Virus record (IMG/VR): IMGVR_UViG_3300028024_000009
Location: 1-60,546 of that record
DNA: 60,546 nucleotides
Reading direction: 5' to 3' (one strand)
From: a virus
Lineage: Duplodnaviria > Caudoviricetes
Below are positions 26,066-35,333 of this stretch, piece by piece. The position numbers and the translations under genes are program-made. Under the pieces are notes generated by a model, which searched no databases, was not told where the DNA came from, and worked only from the letters and a program-made list of their open reading frames with translations. Position 1 is the first letter of the stretch; the number at the start of each line of letters is the position of its first letter.

Positions 26066-27667
26066 ATGCCGTTCAATGAAGTATTCGGCGGCAACGCCAT
26101 CTATCCGGCCTCCCCAACGTTCTTGGAGTTGACTCTCGTCGAGAACACTCAGCTCGAATGGCCTCTCGAGCAGAACATGGCGGGCGGCACGATTCTGGCG
26201 ACTGAGATCGAGATTTTTCCGGCCGGCCCCGGTCTCTCCGTGATGATGCCGGATGCGACACAGGGGTCACCCGGATACACGACGACTTTCTTCAATGCCG
26301 CAGCCGATACGTTCACCGTTAAGAGTTCGACCGGAGTGACGCTCGCAACCGTGGCCTCCGGGGATGCCTGGACCATATGGCTTCGAGATAACACCACGCC
26401 TTCTGGCCTCTGGCGTGTCTTTCAGATGGGCGTGGGGATCTCCAACGCGAATGCCGCTGATCTGGCGGGTGCCGGCCTCGTCGCGATCTCGACTACCCTG
26501 AATGAGGAAATCGAGGTCTCCAGTCAGGTGGTTGATTACGGGATCGTCAATCTCGATCGCGCTCGACTGATTCAATGGCTCGGAGGCGTCGGAAATCTCA
26601 CGCTCCCGGATGCGGCGACGGTCGGAGCGAACTGGTTCGTCTCGATCAAGAATTCTGGCTCCGGGATCGTTACGGTCTTGCCTCAAGGCGGCGCCACGAT
26701 TGATGGACAAGCGTCGTTGCCGCTGAGTCTCGAGGATTCCTCCTGGCTCGTAACGAACGGGGTCAATTGGTTCACACTCGGCTTCGGTCAATCAAATCCC
26801 AGCGTCTTCGACTTCCTTGCGATGTCAGTCGCCGGATCGGGGAGTTCCGCTCTCACAGGGTCGCAGCTTAACCGCGTGTCGTATGAGTTCACCGGGGTAC
26901 TGACGGGCAACCGGAGTATCATCGTTCCGAACACGGTCCAGCAGTACTGGGTCTTCAACAACACTACGGGCCCGTTCACGCTCACTATCAAGACGGCGGC
27001 GAATCCGGGTGTGACGGTTCCCCAGGGAACTCGCATTATTCTCTACTGCAATGGTACGGATGTCGTCAACGCAGAGACGAATACCGCGAGCCTCCCTGCG
27101 GTTGTTCAGGGAGATACACTGTACGGTTCGGCTCCGGGAATTCTCACCGCGCTGCCGAAGACCCCATCGCTGTATCAGGTGCTGAAGAATTCTGGAGCAT
27201 CGAACAACCCCGCCTGGGGGGCCCCGCCGTTCCTCGCGGCTAAGGTGACTCGCATCGGTACTCAGGCGGCTGCCAGCGGATCGCCCACAATCATCTCTTG
27301 GAATGCGGAGGTAACCGACGAGGGGGCGTGGCATGATAATGTTACTAATCCCACTCGGCTGACGGTTCCTCCCGGGGTCAATTGGTACAAAGCCGAAGCT
27401 CTGGTCATCATCAATCTGACGAGTGCGAACGTTCCGTTCACGGTTCAGCTCTTCGCCCTGATTAACGGCTCGGGGGGAAACTCCCCGGTCGCTCAGGCTT
27501 ATTTCCCCTCCCTCCCTGGAGCGTCTCTATCGATCCCGATGTACGTCTCGACCGGTTGGGAAGCTTGCGTTCCGGGCCAGTACATCGAGTTTGAGGTGAT
27601 CGTTACCGGAACCGGCGGGGGAACCATTCAAGGAACTTCCATCGGCATGATCGAGGGTCGCCCCTAA
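26066..27667 (+). CDS. Tail fibre/spike protein
   Basis: 'TG.LTGNR...VP......V.N.T.G..TLT.KT', 'QGD.LYGSA', and a C-terminal beta-sandwich. Confidence 0.75.
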   Translation: MPFNEVFGGNAIYPASPTFLELTLVENTQLEWPLEQNMAGGTILATEIEIFPAGPGLSVMMPDATQGSPGYTTTFFNAAADTFTVKSSTGVTLATVASGDAWTIWLRDNTTPSGLWRVFQMGVGISNANAADLAGAGLVAISTTLNEEIEVSSQVVDYGIVNLDRARLIQWLGGVGNLTLPDAATVGANWFVSIKNSGSGIVTVLPQGGATIDGQASLPLSLEDSSWLVTNGVNWFTLGFGQSNPSVFDFLAMSVAGSGSSALTGSQLNRVSYEFTGVLTGNRSIIVPNTVQQYWVFNNTTGPFTLTIKTAANPGVTVPQGTRIILYCNGTDVVNAETNTASLPAVVQGDTLYGSAPGILTALPKTPSLYQVLKNSGASNNPAWGAPPFLAAKVTRIGTQAAASGSPTIISWNAEVTDEGAWHDNVTNPTRLTVPPGVNWYKAEALVIINLTSANVPFTVQLFALINGSGGNSPVAQAYFPSLPGASLSIPMYVSTGWEACVPGQYIEFEVIVTGTGGGTIQGTSIGMIEGRP

Positions 27668-29197
27668 ATGTACACCCCAACCCTCATTCGCTCGCAACCG
27701 GGGATCAAACGGGACGGAACCGAGTTCGAAGGCGATTTTTACACGGACGGGCAGTGGTGCCGATTTCAGCGTGGGCTGCCGCGTAAGATCGGCGGTTATC
27801 GGAACACCACCCCCCGACTGCGCGAGAAAGTCTACGGGATGTCATCGTTCTCCGCTGACCTCCTAAACTATGTCGCTTGTGGTGAGGGAAGTTTTCTCGA
27901 GCAGGTGTCCATCGACCAGAACGGCAACCCGACCGCGATCTCTGATCGCACTCCAGTCGCATTCGTGCCGAACGTGAACAATGTCTGGCAATTTGCGAAT
28001 CTCCCGAGTGCGGTCGCCTCAGCGACTGACTTGATCGCGCACGGAGCCCCGAATCTCGCGGATATCGCTAATCAGACTTCGACTCAGATCTGGTACGGCC
28101 AAGCCGACCTCGGAACTCCGCTAGTAGCTACGGGGCTCGATCCCCAGAGCGGCGGGGCGTGCGCTATCGGTCCGTACCTCTTCGGTTATGGCAATGCGGG
28201 CTTCGTTCAGTGGACGGCGCCGAACGATCCCACGACGTTCCAGAACGAGGCGAGGGTGACAGGCCAGAAGATCGTTTACGGTCGCGAGTTGCGCGGCGGG
28301 GGGAACGGCCCCGCTGGAATCTTCTGGTCCCTCGATTCTCTGCTTCGAGCCACATTCATCGCCGGAGTGACTGATCCGGCCGCAGACCCAGTCTTCGCGT
28401 TCGATACACTGGCAAGTGATCTCTCGATTCTCTCGTCCCGGGGAGTCGTCGAATACGACGGTGTCTACTACTGGTGGGATACCGGTCGCCCCTTGATGTT
28501 CAACGGTGTCGTGCGCGAAGTGCCGAATACCATGAACATCAACTACTTTCTGGACGGACTGAATTTCTCGCAGCGGCAGAAGATCTTCGCGATGAAGGTT
28601 CCTCGGTTCGGGGAGATCTGGTGGTGCTATCCTCGAGGCAATGCGACCGAGTGCACTCACGCCATCATCCTAAACGTGAGGGAGAACACGTGGTATGACA
28701 CGGAGCTTCCGCCGTCGATGCGAACCTCCGGAATTTACGCATCTGTCTACCCGAAACCGTTCATGACCGATGCGACGGAGTCACCCACTGGATTCGGCTT
28801 ATGGCAGCACGAGACGGGGGTCGATGAAGTCTCTAGCTCGCTAGTCAACCCAATCCCCTCGTTCTTCCAGACAGCGGATATCGCCATGATGACTACTGAG
28901 AAGCCGACCAATCAGAGTCTAAGCGTGGCAGTGATCGAGCCCGACTTCGTTCAAGTGGGGAACATGACCGTTACCGTCACAGGTAAGGCGAACGCTCGCG
29001 CTCCGATCCAGGAGAGTGCGGCCAAGACGTTCGTCCCGGATACGGGGTCTCTCACTGCCGATGAGCAGATTGTAAGACTCAAGGAAGAGCGACGTGAGCT
29101 GCGGTTTAAGTTCGAAACGAACACTCCGAATGGCGACTACCAGATGGGCCAGCCTCTCGTGCACCTCGAACCGACCGACTCGAGGGTGACCACATGA
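27668..29197 (+). CDS. Tail nozzle / DNA-stabilisation protein (P22 gp10-like)
   Basis: 'PGI.RDGT', 'RF..GLP.KIGG', 'FGEIWW.YP...ATEC...II.N..EN.WY', 'EPDF'. Confidence 0.8.
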   Translation: MYTPTLIRSQPGIKRDGTEFEGDFYTDGQWCRFQRGLPRKIGGYRNTTPRLREKVYGMSSFSADLLNYVACGEGSFLEQVSIDQNGNPTAISDRTPVAFVPNVNNVWQFANLPSAVASATDLIAHGAPNLADIANQTSTQIWYGQADLGTPLVATGLDPQSGGACAIGPYLFGYGNAGFVQWTAPNDPTTFQNEARVTGQKIVYGRELRGGGNGPAGIFWSLDSLLRATFIAGVTDPAADPVFAFDTLASDLSILSSRGVVEYDGVYYWWDTGRPLMFNGVVREVPNTMNINYFLDGLNFSQRQKIFAMKVPRFGEIWWCYPRGNATECTHAIILNVRENTWYDTELPPSMRTSGIYASVYPKPFMTDATESPTGFGLWQHETGVDEVSSSLVNPIPSFFQTADIAMMTTEKPTNQSLSVAVIEPDFVQVGNMTVTVTGKANARAPIQESAAKTFVPDTGSLTADEQIVRLKEERRELRFKFETNTPNGDYQMGQPLVHLEPTDSRVTT

Positions 29198-29421
29198 TCG
29201 ATCCCACCTTCATGGAAGCCGTCGAGTGGACCGATCGGATGGCGATGCTGCTTCCCCGAATCCAACCGATCAAGATCAATCGGGAGGAGGATTGGAAAGC
29301 GTGGGCTCGGCACGTTCTCCAGTCGGCGGAGATTTCGAGACACAATCCTCCCAACCCTGAGGCCTTCTCCGACTGGAGAGAGTGGGCCTCTCGTTTTAAT
29401 GAGACGGTTCCAACATTATGA
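29194..29421 (+). CDS. Small conserved tail-region protein
   Basis: Trp-rich 'W..WA...P.P..F.DW.EWA', coupled on both sides. Confidence 0.65.
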   Translation: MIDPTFMEAVEWTDRMAMLLPRIQPIKINREEDWKAWARHVLQSAEISRHNPPNPEAFSDWREWASRFNETVPTL

Positions 29422-30779
29422 GTATCCTGCGCCATCTCGCCCGTCGTAAGTTCGCCCAGGGTGGAGATTCCCGAGTTACGCTAAATGATCCGTACCTCAC
29501 GGGGATGTCGGATCCTCGACCGAATCTCCAGACCTCGGGGGACTCCTCCGCCGGTGGCCGACAATACCATCCGATGGCCGAGGATGCGTACTACACCTAC
29601 GGGCAGACCGGAGGGGAGCATCAGTTCTTCACGGGCAAGTTGCCCGTAGCTCCCCTGAAACCCAACAACCTCCCTTCGGGCGGGGGCGGTTCATCCGGAG
29701 GGGGCGGTGGGGCTGGGGTGCTCGGAGATCTCGTACAACTTGCGGGAGCTGCGAAGAATGCCGGCGCGCTTGCGAATATGGCCGGTATCGATAATCAGTA
29801 TACCCAGGCGATGCAGAATCCTATTGGGGCCCTAAAGGATGCGTATGGGAACTACCAGCTGAACAACAACGTCGGTTCGGGTCAATACGCGAACAACGCT
29901 CTCAACGATGCGGGATACGGTTCGAGCTGGACGACTCCGGCTCTCACGGGTCTCGGAGCGGCCGGCGCAGCCTCGACCGGTCTCGGAAGCGGCGTGACGG
30001 CAACGATCACCCCTGAACTGATCGGGGAAGGTGCGGCGGGTGCGGCTGGAGCTGCCGGCGCTGGTGCGGGTGCTGCCGAGGTCGGGTCGGCTGCAGGAGC
30101 AGGCTCAACGGCCGGTGCCGGGGCTGCTGGAGCGGGTGCCGGAAGCTCCGGGCTCGGCGCGACGCTCGCCTCAAGCGGGATCGCCACCGCATTGCCGATT
30201 GCCGCCATCGGTTGGGCTGTCGCCGATGCGGCCAATAAGTCCGGGGACATCAAATCGGGAGCAACCTCCGATCTGCTGAAGTCACTTCAGGGGAGCGGAT
30301 TTATCACTCTGATGGATCCTCGGACGCAGACCTACAAGCTCGCAGACGGTCGGATGGTGCGTGCAGACCAGGGAGCCCGTGCGGTCTCTGAAGCGCTCCG
30401 AAAGGGGGATCAGGCGGGAGCGCAGGCTGCGTTCGAGGCGTGGATCAATGGAGCGAAATCTCCGGGAGGTCATGCTTCGGGGGGTCGATCGTTCGAGACG
30501 GGCAAGCCCGGAGTGCTCGCCTACGCGACTGACCCAAAGTACGTCGGGCCCGTTCGGGGCAAAGGGACCGGGAGATCGGATGAGATCCCCGCCCGTCTTT
30601 CGGACGGTGAGTACGTGATGGACGCCGAGACGGTTGCGATGCTCGGTGATGGCTCGACGGATGCTGGCGCAAAGAAACTGGATGAGATGAGAGCGCGGTT
30701 GCGATCTCACAAGGGTAAGAAGCTTGCTCAAGGCAAGTTCTCCGATAATGCCAAAGACCCGATGGAGTACGTCAAGTGA
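29418..30779 (+). CDS. Internal/ejection protein with tape-measure-type C-terminal domain
   Basis: G/A-rich hydrophobic core and 'G.GTGRSD.IPARLSDGEYV..A.TV..LG.GS..AGA..L'. Confidence 0.75.
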   Translation: MSILRHLARRKFAQGGDSRVTLNDPYLTGMSDPRPNLQTSGDSSAGGRQYHPMAEDAYYTYGQTGGEHQFFTGKLPVAPLKPNNLPSGGGGSSGGGGGAGVLGDLVQLAGAAKNAGALANMAGIDNQYTQAMQNPIGALKDAYGNYQLNNNVGSGQYANNALNDAGYGSSWTTPALTGLGAAGAASTGLGSGVTATITPELIGEGAAGAAGAAGAGAGAAEVGSAAGAGSTAGAGAAGAGAGSSGLGATLASSGIATALPIAAIGWAVADAANKSGDIKSGATSDLLKSLQGSGFITLMDPRTQTYKLADGRMVRADQGARAVSEALRKGDQAGAQAAFEAWINGAKSPGGHASGGRSFETGKPGVLAYATDPKYVGPVRGKGTGRSDEIPARLSDGEYVMDAETVAMLGDGSTDAGAKKLDEMRARLRSHKGKKLAQGKFSDNAKDPMEYVK

Positions 30780-31789
30780 GCAGCGGAGTTCTCGGATTTC
30801 TCTTCGACGGGAAACCCCCGCCATCGGTCACCACTTACGGCTCGACTACGTCGAATGTTCCCCAGTGGATGAGCGATTACACCCAGGGGGTCCTCAATCA
30901 GGCGAACGCGGTCGCCGGACAGGATTATCAGCCGTACGAAGGACCGCGCATTGCGGGCTTCTCTCCGGAGCAGCAGCAAGCCTTCCAGTTGGCTGAGGGG
31001 AACGTCGGTAGCTGGTATCCCGGGGTGACCGGGGGGATGAACCAGACCCAGGGAATCCTCGGTCAGCTGACACCCACTATCGGTCAGAATCTTCAGACAG
31101 CGGGGGGAACGTTCACGGGTGCGAATGTCGATAAGTACATGAACCCGTACATTCAGAACGTCACGAAGCAGGCTCAGAATCTCGCGAATCGAAATTTCAA
31201 CGAGAATTTGATGCCGAGCATTCAGAACACGTTCACGCGTGCCGGGCAGTACGGCTCTACGCGCATGGCGAACGCAGTCGGCAATGCGGCTCGAAACACC
31301 TCCGAAAGTCTGCAATCGGCGGCCGATGCCTCTCTCGCGCAGGGATACAATACTGCGGGTCAGATGTTCGGAGCGGATGCGAGTCGGGCCGGCATACTCG
31401 CACAGCTCGGAGTGCAGTCCGGACTGACGGGAGCTAATCAGATGTCCGCGCTCGGTGAGACACTCAGCCGACTCGGTCTCAGCGACGCTGCTACTCTGGA
31501 GAATATCGGGCAGCAGAAGCAAGGTCTGCAGCAGAAGAGCCTCGATCAGGCGTACTCGGACTTCACCGCTCAGCGCGACTATCCGAAGCAGCAGACCGAC
31601 TGGCTATCGAACATCATTCGAGGCATCCCGAACTCGGCAGTTCCGACGAGCACGACGCGAACGGAGACGGGCCCGTACCAAGGGGACATGCAGTCGGGTC
31701 TCGTAGGCTCGCTGGGCTCACTGCTCTCCCTCTGGCAAGGCATTCAGAAAGATACTGGTACTCCCGCAGCTACCACCAAGCAGCCCTAA
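30776..31789 (+). CDS. DNA ejection protein
   Basis: Q/N/G-rich; 'YQPYEGPRIAGFSP.Q' and 'YMNPY'. Confidence 0.75.
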   Translation: MSSGVLGFLFDGKPPPSVTTYGSTTSNVPQWMSDYTQGVLNQANAVAGQDYQPYEGPRIAGFSPEQQQAFQLAEGNVGSWYPGVTGGMNQTQGILGQLTPTIGQNLQTAGGTFTGANVDKYMNPYIQNVTKQAQNLANRNFNENLMPSIQNTFTRAGQYGSTRMANAVGNAARNTSESLQSAADASLAQGYNTAGQMFGADASRAGILAQLGVQSGLTGANQMSALGETLSRLGLSDAATLENIGQQKQGLQQKSLDQAYSDFTAQRDYPKQQTDWLSNIIRGIPNSAVPTSTTRTETGPYQGDMQSGLVGSLGSLLSLWQGIQKDTGTPAATTKQP

Positions 31790-31802
31790 TTCGGAGACGA
31801 CG

Positions 31803-34800
31803 ATGGAAGACGATGAACTGGATCAAGACTCGGTCGGGACGCTCGGTGCGATCCGTGACCAGCTTGGGGAATTGGTTGATCCGTCGACTACCCTCGAGGC
31901 GCAGGGTTACGCTCGGAAGTTCCTTGACAAACAGCTAGCCTCCCCTCTGGGCACGACCCAGAAGGAAATTTTGACTCAAATGGAGAAGGAGTCGAAAGCG
32001 GCACAAGAAACGCTGAGGGCTGCGCGCGAGAAATTACTGGCTCGTCGGTACAACCCGGCCGATAAGTGGTACACTCTCGCCAAGGCCCTCGGCGCCCCTA
32101 CTCGGGTCGGCGGCGTCGGGGAGCTGGCATCACGAGCGGCGGGTGCTCTCGGGGAGTCCCGTCAGCGTCAGGAAACCTTCGATGAGACCCAACAGAAGGA
32201 AGCGCTCGGCTACGACAAGGATATCTCCGGGCTGGGAATGGATCTTCTCAAGCTGAAGTCCGCTGTTGGACTTTCGCAGGGCAAGATCGACGCCCAGCTT
32301 GCCCAAGAGGCTCTCAAAACCCTGGGAAAGAGAGTTAACTCGCAGCAGACTGGGGTGGATAAGGCGCAGCAGGCTCTCGACCGCGCTTACGCTCCCGAGT
32401 ACCTCGATTGGGTTCAGAACGGTTCCTCGGTCGCGAATAAATCCCTCAGCGAACTGGCACAAGCCCGCGACCGGTTGAGAGGCTATCGAGAAGGGCCCGA
32501 CGGTGAGAAAGTTCCGATCAGCGAAGGCGATTTCGCCACGCGGCAGCTCGGACCGACCGGTCCCGTCATCGGTTCGGTGGCGACGGTTCCGTTTGTCGGC
32601 AAGGCAATTCAGGACGTACTCGCTCCGGGGTCGGCGGACATCCGCGAGCTAGTCGAGTCGACCGTCCAATCCTCCCTGAGACCGATTCTCGGAGCGCAGT
32701 TCACGGAGAAGGAAGGCGAGCGACTCATCTCTCGCGTATACAACCCTCGGCTGCGACCAGAAGTCAACGCCGCGCGTGTCGGCCGTCTTCTGCAGCAGGT
32801 GCAGACCGCTGCCGCGAACAAGACAGCCGCTGCGAAATACTACGAAGCCAACGGGACCCTCAAGGGCTTTACGGGGAAGTTCAAATACACCATCGACGAC
32901 TTCATGCCGGCGGCGACCAACGAGCTGGCCCCCCATAGCTCACAACCCCAAACGCATGGAACGGATGACTTCGGGCATGCGTATGATGGGCCGCCGAATC
33001 CCTACGCCGGGACGGCCGAGGAGAATACGGCTCCCGCCGGCGGTGGCCCACGGACCTTCGAAGGCAAGAAAGTCATCAGGCTGCAAGATCTCCCAAAGAG
33101 GGGGTTTGCTGAGGGAGGCGCGGTCGGGGCTCCAGACCCCGATACTGACCAGGTTATGGTCGAGCTTCCGGACGGTCGGATGATCCCGATGCCGGCTAAT
33201 GCGACCCAGGAGGACGTCCAAGCAGCTATGGGCGGGGGGGATAGCGCCGGGGCATACGATCCCGCCATGTCGCGCACGGCATTGGCCGGATTGGGTGCTG
33301 GAGCGGGGTATGCGGGGGGGAAATTGCTCTCGGGCTTGGGCTCGTCCGTATCCGACCTTAGGCCGGGCAATAAGGAAACCCCGGCGCAAGCTCGACTGTT
33401 AAGATTGATGGAGCGCTCGAAACTGCCGCCGCAGCAGATCACGCAGTTCCAGCGTCGCTTCGGCCGTCTCGGCGTGCCGACGATGCCCTTCGACTTCGAC
33501 CCGAATCTGCGAGCGGTCACTGAAACCGCGCTCCCTCAGGGGGGAGCCGAGTCCGTTGATATGATGGATCGGTTGAAGGCTCGTCAGGCCGAGGCTCGCG
33601 CTCGTGCTCTCGAGCAAGTCAATAAGGGACTCAAGCCGGACGATTACTTCGATAAGGAAGAGGAAGTTAAGACTAAGCTGTACGGCAATCGCGCGAAGCA
33701 GATCGAGTCTGAATCGGGCCCATTGTATCGAGCGGCGTTCGATGCCAACCCAGCGGTCGCATCGGCGCAGCTCGGAAAGCTGATGGATACTCCCAGCGGT
33801 CAGAAGGCCGTCAAGAACGCAATGAAGACGATGAAGGATAAGGGGATTCCCATCGGTAAAGTCAACCAGGTGACCGGGGCCGTCATGAAGCCCTCCCTGG
33901 AATTCCTCAACCAGGTTAAGATCGAGATGGACAATCTCGTCGGAGCCGCGAGAACGGCCGGTAAGGACGCGAAGGCTCGAGACGTCGGTAATCTGCGAAC
34001 TTCGTTCCGCAACGAACTCGACACGGCCACGACCGATCCGGCCACCGGCACATCGCCTTATAAGGAGGCCCGGGGAGTCTACGACGAGCGCAAGGCCCAG
34101 CTCGATGCGCTCCAAAGCGGTCGTGAGAATTTCGGTCGCATGCAACCCCAAGAGGTCTCGCGGGCCGTGGCCGGGATGAACTTCGAGCAGAAAGACGCGT
34201 TCCGGACGGGCGTGGCTCAAAGCATTCGCCAGATGCTCGAGACTCCCTCAACCGATATCAACGCAGCCAAGCGACTGATTGGTTCGCCGGCGATGTCCGC
34301 GAAACTCGAAGCACTGTTCGATAGTCCCCATGAGTTCGAGGTCTTCAAGACCGCGCTCAATAAGGAGGTCGAGACGTTCGAGAACTCCCAGAAGCTCCTG
34401 AATCGCGAGACGACAGTACGCCAGCGGGGAGCCGAGCCCCCGAAGAGCCGTATCGAACGGGGAGCTGAGAAAGCCCCCGCACTCGGCGTCTTCTCTCCCA
34501 CCCATTGGGCTCTCAAGATCCTGCGCAGCAAGCCGGAGATGAAACCCGAGGAGGCGTCCGAGATCATCAAGCTGATGAAATCCTCCACCCCTGAGGAAAT
34601 CACCGCGTTCGATAAGGCTCTCGGAAACAAGTTCGGTCGCGCGGCAGCTCGCAAAACCCGAGGCAGTCGAATGGGGATGGCGGGAGCGGCTTTAGGAGCG
34701 CTCACCGGAGCTTTGACGGGCGGCAAGGAAGAAGAGGAGCCCGCCCCTCAGGACGACGCGATCCTCAGTGGTCTTACGCCCGAGGAACGGGAGATGGCCT

Positions 34801-35333
34801 TGCGTCCCGCGAAAGCGAAGGGCGGCAAGATCGAAGCGGTCAAAGAGCTAGTCGAGGATCTAAAATCGCGCATGGCGAATATGGATCTCCAGCAAGTGTC
34901 CGATCAGATCAGTAACATTGCGGTTAAAACGGGTCAGCTTCCTCACGATATCTGGAAGATGATCTCGGATAAGCCGTTTCCAGGCGCGCAAGGCCCCGAT
35001 CTGTCTCGAACGGCTTCTGCGGCACCGATCACTCAAGTGCCGGCACAGCCCGAGCGGTTGGCGCCGTTCGCCCGGTCGATGGATTTCGAAAAGGCTCGCC
35101 TTGATGCGATCCGGCAGTCTATTGTCAATTCTCAAGGGATGAACCCCGCTCAAGCAAAATCGCTACAGCCAGTCACTTCCGCAGCTGACATGGCTTATCA
35201 GCGAATGATGAGCGACCCGACTTATGAGAACATGCAGCACCTCTCCGAGCTAGTCCGAAATCTCCAGCTGCAATCGAAGCGCCGAGGGGGCCGGATCTCC
35301 CGGCAATTCGGGGGCATGACAAATCATGGCTAA
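31803..35333 (+). CDS. Large internal virion/ejection protein
   Basis: 1176 aa, helical, located after the ejection genes. Confidence 0.7.
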   Translation: MEDDELDQDSVGTLGAIRDQLGELVDPSTTLEAQGYARKFLDKQLASPLGTTQKEILTQMEKESKAAQETLRAAREKLLARRYNPADKWYTLAKALGAPTRVGGVGELASRAAGALGESRQRQETFDETQQKEALGYDKDISGLGMDLLKLKSAVGLSQGKIDAQLAQEALKTLGKRVNSQQTGVDKAQQALDRAYAPEYLDWVQNGSSVANKSLSELAQARDRLRGYREGPDGEKVPISEGDFATRQLGPTGPVIGSVATVPFVGKAIQDVLAPGSADIRELVESTVQSSLRPILGAQFTEKEGERLISRVYNPRLRPEVNAARVGRLLQQVQTAAANKTAAAKYYEANGTLKGFTGKFKYTIDDFMPAATNELAPHSSQPQTHGTDDFGHAYDGPPNPYAGTAEENTAPAGGGPRTFEGKKVIRLQDLPKRGFAEGGAVGAPDPDTDQVMVELPDGRMIPMPANATQEDVQAAMGGGDSAGAYDPAMSRTALAGLGAGAGYAGGKLLSGLGSSVSDLRPGNKETPAQARLLRLMERSKLPPQQITQFQRRFGRLGVPTMPFDFDPNLRAVTETALPQGGAESVDMMDRLKARQAEARARALEQVNKGLKPDDYFDKEEEVKTKLYGNRAKQIESESGPLYRAAFDANPAVASAQLGKLMDTPSGQKAVKNAMKTMKDKGIPIGKVNQVTGAVMKPSLEFLNQVKIEMDNLVGAARTAGKDAKARDVGNLRTSFRNELDTATTDPATGTSPYKEARGVYDERKAQLDALQSGRENFGRMQPQEVSRAVAGMNFEQKDAFRTGVAQSIRQMLETPSTDINAAKRLIGSPAMSAKLEALFDSPHEFEVFKTALNKEVETFENSQKLLNRETTVRQRGAEPPKSRIERGAEKAPALGVFSPTHWALKILRSKPEMKPEEASEIIKLMKSSTPEEITAFDKALGNKFGRAAARKTRGSRMGMAGAALGALTGALTGGKEEEEPAPQDDAILSGLTPEEREMALRPAKAKGGKIEAVKELVEDLKSRMANMDLQQVSDQISNIAVKTGQLPHDIWKMISDKPFPGAQGPDLSRTASAAPITQVPAQPERLAPFARSMDFEKARLDAIRQSIVNSQGMNPAQAKSLQPVTSAADMAYQRMMSDPTYENMQHLSELVRNLQLQSKRRGGRISRQFGGMTNHG

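Noticed and set aside
29940-30180. Gly/Ala GCN-GGN repeats as a DNA repeat array
   Set aside because: Low-complexity coding sequence of an ejection protein, with no fixed repeat-spacer period.
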